Assembly: GCA_951406725.2 (NCBI GenBank) | Contig: OX597823.1 | Location: 80,910,001 to 80,974,000 of the forward strand | Direction of reading: 5' to 3' | Source of the DNA: Octopus vulgaris | Taxonomy: Eukaryota | DNA length: 64,000 nucleotides | In this document: in pieces, positions 62,701 to 64,000 of the stretch | How positions within the stretch are numbered: position 1 is the stretch's first letter | Layout of the letters: the number at the start of each line of letters is the position of its first letter | The notes under the pieces: model-generated | Seen by the model: only the letters and a program-made list of their open reading frames with translations | Database searches by the model: none | Told to the model about the DNA's origin: nothing | Made by a program: the position numbers and the translations under genes

Positions 62701-63961
62701 TTATTCGCCCTGGTTTCAAAGGCTGGAAACCTGATGCAAGTGATAAGAAGCTCATAGTAACAATGTTTGTTGGTGATGCTTTAAGATATGGTGCATCTAT
62801 TCATCTCTTACGATCTAAATGTGTTACAAAGTTTGATGTTATTCTCAGTGGAGGAGAGAACAAGAGGTTTAAGGTGAGTTTTAATGTATTTAGTTTGATT
62901 CAAAGACATTGGCAATGTAGGCTTGAGAACAGGTGATGCAGGTGCCACTCTACACACACGTGCACACCCAAATTCTCATGGTGGTGGTGGTGGGGTACAA
63001 TGAAAACGTTCTGAACATCCTTGTGAAAAATTAGGTTTGCATCCCTCAAGCAAATTTCATTCCCACTCTTAGATTGACAAGTTAAACTTTCTTTAAAATA
63101 AGTGTCATTATTCTATATTGATGTGAATTTCAATGACATTTTAAAATAAATATAAATAATTATTATACAGACTTCATATGCACTTGCAGCCAACATTTTG
63201 TACACTTACACAGCTGTTGTTTATTGGCTAAGCCACATTCCTTGTTATTTTGAAATATAATTGTCAAATAACGTTCTATAAGTCTCTAGCTCTCCCAAAA
63301 TTCATATTTTGTTAACATTTAAACAGAAAATTAAAAGACTTGCAACATATATAGATCGTTATTTCACATTCAGTAACTGATCAGCTTTTAGATAAGATCA
63401 TACCACTTTTGGCAGTCAAATAGCAATGAAACTAGATCACACTAGTTTTGAAGCAAAATTGGTTAGAATAAAATATTCTTTGAAATTGATCTGATAAAAC
63501 AATCATGAACATAAAGTAGCATAAAATCACCAAGCAACAAATATGTAACAGAATTCCCAGAATTTTCAATACCAGTGAAAAAGAAAGCATTTTAAATTGT
63601 TTCACTAAGGTCAATGTATTTGTATCTTTTTCTCAGTACTGTTAAGAGAAGTAATCAAAATCTGACGTACTTTTATTTTGATGTTATCTGAATAAATACG
63701 TATGGAAAACTTGACAATATATCATTGTAGTAAAACATTTCATTATACAAATCTCTCTGCCTTTTTCACTGTAGTAATATTTCACCATCAAAACCTACTT
63801 ATCTTTCATTTTGTTCTGTGTCTAGAATAATGCAAAGGATGATATTGTCAAAATTCCATTTGGTACGACATCAAACACAGTGAAAATCCATTTTAGAGCT
63901 GTTTCACCCAAGTGCAGAATGTTAATCACAGTATCTTTTGAAGGATGTTTTGAATCTGCAT
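547..63961 (+). CDS. Large secreted mucin/SCO-spondin/hemolectin-like gene (partial, about 58 exons): VWD-C8-TIL-VWC-LDLa followed by at least 14 discoidin(F5/8C)-like domains with Thr/Pro linkers
   Basis: Chain of AG/GT-bounded exons with matching phases and no in-frame stops. Cys patterns match a D assembly and LDLa. Repeated 266-269 nt + 136 nt exon pairs follow. Gene extends beyond both window ends. Confidence 0.9.
1200..1400 (+). mobile_element. 3' end of (GAT)n-tailed RTE-related retroelement
   Basis: ggttggcgttaggaagggcatccagc...ccaacccatgccagcatgg...ttaaacgatgatgat; same family recurs many times. Confidence 0.8.
1425..1766 (+). CDS. Exon: VWD domain N-part ([16 protein letters not shown]...LWDF)
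   Basis: Polypyrimidine+tcag acceptor; g|gtatgt donor; C-x-x-x-GDPHYxTFDG VWD signature. Confidence 0.95.
3951..4643. repeat. Nested inverted duplication with (GACA)n/(GATA)n microsatellites
   Basis: Segment 4018-4110 reappears inverted at about 4236-4324 and 4462-4558. Confidence 0.8.
4919..5127 (+). CDS. Exon: VWD C-part (GTRVYVQ...EGLCGDYD...SWKLYNC...PCQ)
   Basis: tgtag acceptor, cag|gtttgt donor; GLCG motif. Confidence 0.93.
5400..6103. repeat. Diverged inverted repeat of about 160 bp (5400-5560 vs 5952-6103)
   Basis: ataaaatggttggagaaaatttgaagggtt / aacccttcaaattttctccaaccattttat. Confidence 0.75.
6610..6749 (+). CDS. Exon: C8 domain N-part ([13 protein letters not shown]...[11 protein letters not shown])
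   Basis: ccttag acceptor, gg|gtaagt donor; manual translation; not in ORF track. Confidence 0.9.
7781..8293 (-). mobile_element. Non-autonomous Helitron
   Basis: Minus strand begins A|TCTATATA and ends hairpin CCCGAGCAACGCCGGG ... CTAG|T; no TSD. Confidence 0.8.
8361..8590. mobile_element. TTAA-flanked (piggyBac-type) MITE, degenerate
   Basis: ttaatccttt...aaaaggttaa; reverse-oriented homologue of 25500-25724. Confidence 0.65.
8611..8720 (+). CDS. Exon: C8 domain C-part ([21 protein letters not shown]...WRTQSLC)
   Basis: ttccag acceptor, c|gtaagt donor; C8 motif CxCxAxAxYAxxC...WR...C. Confidence 0.92.
8826..9190. repeat. Compound microsatellite (CTAT, CCAT, CATA, TA, TG)
   Basis: Direct reading. 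Confidence 0.9.
9632..9787 (+). CDS. Exon: TIL domain ([14 protein letters not shown]...[14 protein letters not shown])
   Basis: ctgcag acceptor, g|gtaaag donor; [11 protein letters not shown] motif. Confidence 0.92.
9872..10461 (+). mobile_element. (GAT)n-tailed retroelement with internal tandem subrepeats of about 60-65 bp
   Basis: Repeated gtggcatgtaaaaagcaacattcgagcg...gccagtg...actgg units, then the shared 3' end. Confidence 0.8.
11027..11123 (+). CDS. Exon: TIL end and VWC/E-like start ([15 protein letters not shown]...CTVC)
   Basis: ttttag acceptor, tg|gtaagt donor; CxPxxECPC motif. Confidence 0.9.
11428..11630 (-). mobile_element. SINE family 2 copy
   Basis: Reverse complement of 20872-21107 family. 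Confidence 0.75.
12344..12740 (+). mobile_element. tRNA-derived SINE family 1, full length
   Basis: ggcgcaggagtggc..gtgtggtaag (A box) ... ggttcagtccc (B box), central (TG)n, tail aagtaaaagagtaaaaga. Confidence 0.85.
12907..13070 (+). CDS. Exon: VWC/E end plus LDL-receptor class A module ([32 protein letters not shown])
   Basis: tttcag acceptor, g|gttagt donor; DCxDGSDE LDLa signature. Confidence 0.93.
14726..14767 (+). CDS. Probable 42-nt linker micro-exon ([14 protein letters not shown])
   Basis: Strong polypyrimidine tract + tttag, aag|gtttgt donor, phase 1-1, open frame; no domain homology. Confidence 0.55.
15000..15598 (+). mobile_element. (GAT)n-tailed RTE-related retroelement fragment
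   Basis: Same 3' end as 1200-1400. Confidence 0.75.
16004..16748 (-). mobile_element. Three head-to-tail SINE family 2 copies separated by (ACT)n/(AAT)n
   Basis: Each has ggcaaagt.gacctc..c.gaatttgaactcagaa. Confidence 0.8.
17739..18199. mobile_element. TTAA piggyBac-type MITE with internal duplication and captured inverted flank
   Basis: ttaacccttt ... aaagggctaa; homologous to 56250-56453. Confidence 0.7.
19003..19625. mobile_element. Foldback/MITE DNA transposon with long TIRs (about 230 bp), 8-bp TSD and central TTAGGG-like repeats
   Basis: ggatctttaccttttgacc... / ...ggtcaaaaggtaaaaatcc; TGATTTTT on both sides. Confidence 0.88.
19869..20149 (+). CDS. Discoidin-like unit 0 exon A (divergent; KPVCKF...IKASS...[10 protein letters not shown]...)
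   Basis: tttcag / aag|gtaact; phase 1-0; IxASS...W pattern of F5/8C domains. Confidence 0.88.
20540..20860 (-). mobile_element. SINE family 1-related copy
   Basis: Reverse complement of 12344 family. Confidence 0.7.
20872..21107 (+). mobile_element. tRNA-related SINE family 2, near full length
   Basis: aaggcagcgagctggcagaaatgttagcacgccggg...gagttcaaattcc (B-box-like)... Confidence 0.8.
21477..21609 (+). CDS. Discoidin-like unit 0 exon B (ANTRQG...[18 protein letters not shown])
   Basis: ttttag / a|gtaagt; phase 0-1; homologous to later B exons. Confidence 0.85.
22739..22858. repeat. (TATG)n(TG)n microsatellite
   Basis: Direct reading. Confidence 0.95.
23050..23103 (+). CDS. Thr/Pro linker micro-exon ([17 protein letters not shown])
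   Basis: aatag / a|gttagt; 54 nt; phase 1-1. Confidence 0.8.
24022..24290 (+). CDS. Discoidin-like unit 1 exon A (alpha type, 269 nt)
   Basis: tgtag / atg|gtaagt; [24 protein letters not shown]... Confidence 0.9.
24965..25200 (+). mobile_element. CR1-type LINE 3' end
   Basis: Matches reverse complement of 41600-41870. Confidence 0.7.
25500..25724. mobile_element. TTAA piggyBac-type MITE
   Basis: TTAA-CCCTTTA ... TAAAGGG-TTAA. Confidence 0.8.
27148..27283 (+). CDS. Unit 1 exon B (136 nt)
   Basis: tccag / a|gtaagt; [13 protein letters not shown]...GDCNMAV...KGCFES. Confidence 0.9.
27300..27680 (-). mobile_element. SINE family 1-related copy
   Basis: Reverse complement of 12344 family. Confidence 0.72.
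27930..28260 (+). pseudogene. Decayed repeat-unit remnant (linker exon, short intron, start of exon A)
   Basis: aatttcttctgtag|aatcttggtga mirrors the exon-A acceptor but reads S-W-stop; upstream about 100 nt aligns by eye with the alpha-unit short intron. Confidence 0.6.
28285..28715 (+). mobile_element. RTE-clade LINE 3' fragment (RT C-terminal region)
   Basis: YGAETW...[19 protein letters not shown]...WKWIG...GRPK; ends in an A-rich tail. Confidence 0.85.
28946..28993 (+). CDS. Thr/Pro linker micro-exon (48 nt)
   Basis: ttttag / cag|gtatga; [15 protein letters not shown]. Confidence 0.88.
29106..29374 (+). CDS. Unit 2 exon A (alpha)
   Basis: tgtag / aag|gtgagt; 269 nt. Confidence 0.9.
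30542..30677 (+). CDS. Unit 2 exon B
   Basis: tacag / t|gtaagt; 136 nt. Confidence 0.9.
30955..31557 (-). mobile_element. (GAT)n-tailed RTE-related element, unit-2 specific
   Basis: Starts with (ATC)n on + strand; absent from the homologous intron of unit 3. Confidence 0.78.
31830..31877 (+). CDS. Thr/Pro linker micro-exon (48 nt)
   Basis: ttttag / cag|gtatac. Confidence 0.88.
31990..32258 (+). CDS. Unit 3 exon A (alpha)
   Basis: tgtag / aag|gtgagt; 269 nt. Confidence 0.9.
33510..34372 (+). mobile_element. LINE (RTE-like) apurinic endonuclease fragment
   Basis: LNIGTL...LQEVRW...YAPQ...AGDFNGHVG...QIDYIL...QHRLV APE motifs; stop at 34310; lies in unit 3 intron. Confidence 0.9.
34459..34594 (+). 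CDS. Unit 3 exon B
   Basis: tatag / t|gtaagt; 136 nt. Confidence 0.9.
35161..35208 (+). CDS. Thr/Pro linker micro-exon (48 nt)
   Basis: ttttag / cag|gtatga. Confidence 0.88.
35321..35589 (+). CDS. Unit 4 exon A (alpha)
   Basis: tgtag / atg|gtgagt; 269 nt. Confidence 0.9.
35801..36112 (-). mobile_element. (GAT)n-tailed RTE-related element
   Basis: atcatcatcatcgtttaacgtccactttccatgctagcatgggttg. Confidence 0.75.
36411..36546 (+). CDS. Unit 4 exon B
   Basis: tccag / t|gtaagt; 136 nt. Confidence 0.9.
37148..37192 (+). CDS. Thr/Pro linker micro-exon L2 (45 nt)
   Basis: ttcag / cag|gtaaac; [14 protein letters not shown]. Confidence 0.88.
37301..37566 (+). CDS. Unit 5 exon A (beta, 266 nt)
   Basis: tctag / aag|gtgaga; [24 protein letters not shown]... 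Confidence 0.9.
39261..39396 (+). CDS. Unit 5 exon B
   Basis: tccag / t|gtaagt; [13 protein letters not shown]...PNCKM...KGCFES. Confidence 0.9.
39460..39712 (+). mobile_element. (GAT)n-tailed RTE-related element
   Basis: Shared 3' end and tail. Confidence 0.7.
40157..40210 (+). CDS. Linker micro-exon L1 (54 nt)
   Basis: tatag / a|gtaagt; [17 protein letters not shown]. Confidence 0.88.
40372..40416 (+). CDS. Linker micro-exon L2 (45 nt)
   Basis: cttag / g|gtaaga. Confidence 0.88.
40546..40811 (+). CDS. Unit 6 exon A (beta)
   Basis: tctag / aag|gtgagt; 266 nt. Confidence 0.9.
41600..42170 (-). mobile_element. CR1/L2-type LINE 3' fragment
   Basis: Minus strand: [12 protein letters not shown]...THGHVYK...[16 protein letters not shown]; (TTA)n tail; inserted in unit 6 intron. 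Confidence 0.85.
42375..42510 (+). CDS. Unit 6 exon B
   Basis: tccag / t|gtaagt; 136 nt. Confidence 0.9.
43072..43125 (+). CDS. Linker micro-exon L1 (54 nt)
   Basis: catag / a|gtaagt. Confidence 0.88.
43276..43320 (+). CDS. Linker micro-exon L2 (45 nt)
   Basis: ttcag / cag|gtaaac. Confidence 0.88.
43429..43694 (+). CDS. Unit 7 exon A (beta)
   Basis: tctag / aag|gtgagt; 266 nt. Confidence 0.9.
44606..44741 (+). CDS. Unit 7 exon B
   Basis: tccag / t|gtaagt; 136 nt. Confidence 0.9.
44917..45388 (+). mobile_element. SINE family 1, unit-7 specific insertion
   Basis: Absent from homologous introns of units 8 and 9. Confidence 0.85.
45780..45833 (+). CDS. Linker micro-exon L1 (54 nt)
   Basis: tatag / a|gtaagt. 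Confidence 0.88.
46029..46073 (+). other. Linker micro-exon L2 with acceptor AG changed to AT (probably skipped)
   Basis: catttcAT|ccacaatt here versus catttcAG|ccacaatt in the sister unit at 50992; coding sequence and donor intact. Confidence 0.7.
46182..46447 (+). CDS. Unit 8 exon A (beta)
   Basis: tctag / aag|gtgagt; 266 nt. Confidence 0.9.
47389..47524 (+). CDS. Unit 8 exon B
   Basis: tccag / t|gtaagt; 136 nt. Confidence 0.9.
48067..48120 (+). CDS. Linker micro-exon L1 (54 nt)
   Basis: catag / a|gtaagt. Confidence 0.88.
48283..48525. mobile_element. Insertion with 26-bp perfect inverted repeats, flanked by a 12-bp direct duplication
   Basis: gagtggttgtgtaaagtcaacataac (48343) / its reverse complement (48499); attttatcaaac at 48271 and 48526. 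Confidence 0.8.
48611..48655 (+). CDS. Linker micro-exon L2 (45 nt)
   Basis: tttag / cag|gtaaac. Confidence 0.88.
48768..49033 (+). CDS. Unit 9 exon A (beta)
   Basis: tctag / aag|gtgagt; 266 nt. Confidence 0.9.
49978..50113 (+). CDS. Unit 9 exon B
   Basis: tccag / t|gtaagt; 136 nt. Confidence 0.9.
50684..50737 (+). CDS. Linker micro-exon L1 (54 nt)
   Basis: tatag / a|gtaagt. Confidence 0.88.
50992..51036 (+). CDS. Linker micro-exon L2 (45 nt)
   Basis: ttcag / cag|gtaaac. Confidence 0.88.
51150..51415 (+). CDS. Unit 10 exon A (beta)
   Basis: tctag / aag|gtgagt; 266 nt. Confidence 0.9.
51871..52006 (+). CDS. Unit 10 exon B
   Basis: tccag / t|gtaagt; NNEKNAVV...HFKGVSPNC. Confidence 0.9.
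52095..52460 (-). mobile_element. Degenerate RTE LINE fragment (homologue at 55660-55965)
   Basis: Shared gtgatctct..attt ggaa/gagaagtaa..gacactacct sequence at the same intron position in two units. Confidence 0.6.
52550..52606 (+). CDS. Linker micro-exon L1 (57 nt)
   Basis: catag / a|gtacgt. Confidence 0.86.
52659..53040 (-). mobile_element. SINE family 1 copy
   Basis: Reverse complement of 12344 family. Confidence 0.85.
53144..53188 (+). CDS. Linker micro-exon L2 (45 nt)
   Basis: tttag / cag|gtaaag. Confidence 0.88.
53308..53573 (+). CDS. Unit 11 exon A (gamma)
   Basis: tctag / aag|gtgagt; 266 nt; EDPSL, RPGFKGW. Confidence 0.9.
54170..54362 (-). mobile_element. Helentron/HINE-like non-autonomous element fragment
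   Basis: Terminal stem acctctgccttcgctaaggtggaggtaataaa; aagtttcatccaaatcc core. Confidence 0.55.
54631..54766 (+). CDS. Unit 11 exon B
   Basis: tctag / t|gtaagt; NNAKDAVV...; 136 nt. Confidence 0.9.
56055..56111 (+). CDS. Linker micro-exon L1 (57 nt)
   Basis: catag / a|gtatgt. Confidence 0.86.
56250..56453. mobile_element. TTAA piggyBac-type MITE
   Basis: TTAA-CCCTTTC ... GAAAGGG-TTAA. Confidence 0.8.
56511..56939 (+). mobile_element. tRNA-derived SINE family 1, full length
   Basis: Same as 12344 family. Confidence 0.88.
57132..57176 (+). CDS. Linker micro-exon L2 (45 nt)
   Basis: tttag / cag|gtaaag. Confidence 0.88.
57291..57556 (+). CDS. Unit 12 exon A (gamma)
   Basis: tctag / aag|gtgaga; 266 nt. 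Confidence 0.9.
58148..58348 (-). mobile_element. SINE family 2 copy
   Basis: Reverse complement of 20872 family. Confidence 0.75.
59445..59642 (-). mobile_element. SINE family 2 copy
   Basis: Reverse complement of 20872 family. Confidence 0.72.
59777..59912 (+). CDS. Unit 12 exon B (internal Cys lost: PNNRM)
   Basis: tctag / t|gtatgt; 136 nt. Confidence 0.88.
60043..60530 (-). mobile_element. RTE LINE 3' end including ORF terminus and (GAT)n tail
   Basis: [12 protein letters not shown]...[14 protein letters not shown] followed by the shared 3' UTR; links the (GAT)n family to RTE. Confidence 0.8.
62061..62114 (+). CDS. Linker micro-exon L1 (54 nt)
   Basis: catag / a|gtatgt. Confidence 0.86.
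62459..62503 (+). CDS. Linker micro-exon L2 (45 nt)
   Basis: tttag / cag|gtaaag. Confidence 0.86.
62608..62873 (+). CDS. Unit 13 exon A (gamma; extra Cys in [10 protein letters not shown])
   Basis: tctag / aag|gtgagt; 266 nt. Confidence 0.9.
63826..63961 (+). CDS. Unit 13 exon B
   Basis: tctag / t|gtaagt; 136 nt. Confidence 0.9.
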
Positions 63962-64000
63962 GTAAGTACTAATCAGTTCTAGACTAAAAAATTCAAGCTT

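Noticed and set aside
24022-63961. Repeats as a cluster of separate small genes or a mutually exclusive Dscam-like array
   Set aside because: ORF-track starts are internal TTG codons. There are no signal peptides or terminal exons, and A, B and linker exons alternate in collinear order with compatible phases.

Overview
AT-rich, microsatellite- and SINE-dense animal genomic DNA; the repeat families resemble those of octopod cephalopods (inference, not verified). The whole window lies inside one large + strand, multi-exon gene whose start and stop are outside the window. I traced about 58 exons by splice sites and reading phase, giving about 8.0 kb of contiguous frame (about 2,670 aa). The N-terminal part (547-14767) encodes a gel-forming-mucin/SCO-spondin/hemolectin-type D assembly (VWD with GDPH, C8, TIL, VWC/E-like) plus one LDL-receptor class A module. 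From 19869 to the window end come at least 14 tandem, divergent discoidin (F5/8 type C)-like domains of about 134 aa. Each is encoded by an A exon (phase 1-0) and a B exon (phase 0-1) and joined to the next by one or two Thr/Pro-rich micro-exons. The array shows ordered subfamilies, chimeric units, a dead unit, lost linker splice sites and usually three Cys per domain. Introns carry tRNA-derived SINEs, RTE and CR1 LINE fragments, a Helitron, TTAA MITEs, a TTAGGG-containing foldback element and several inverted duplications.
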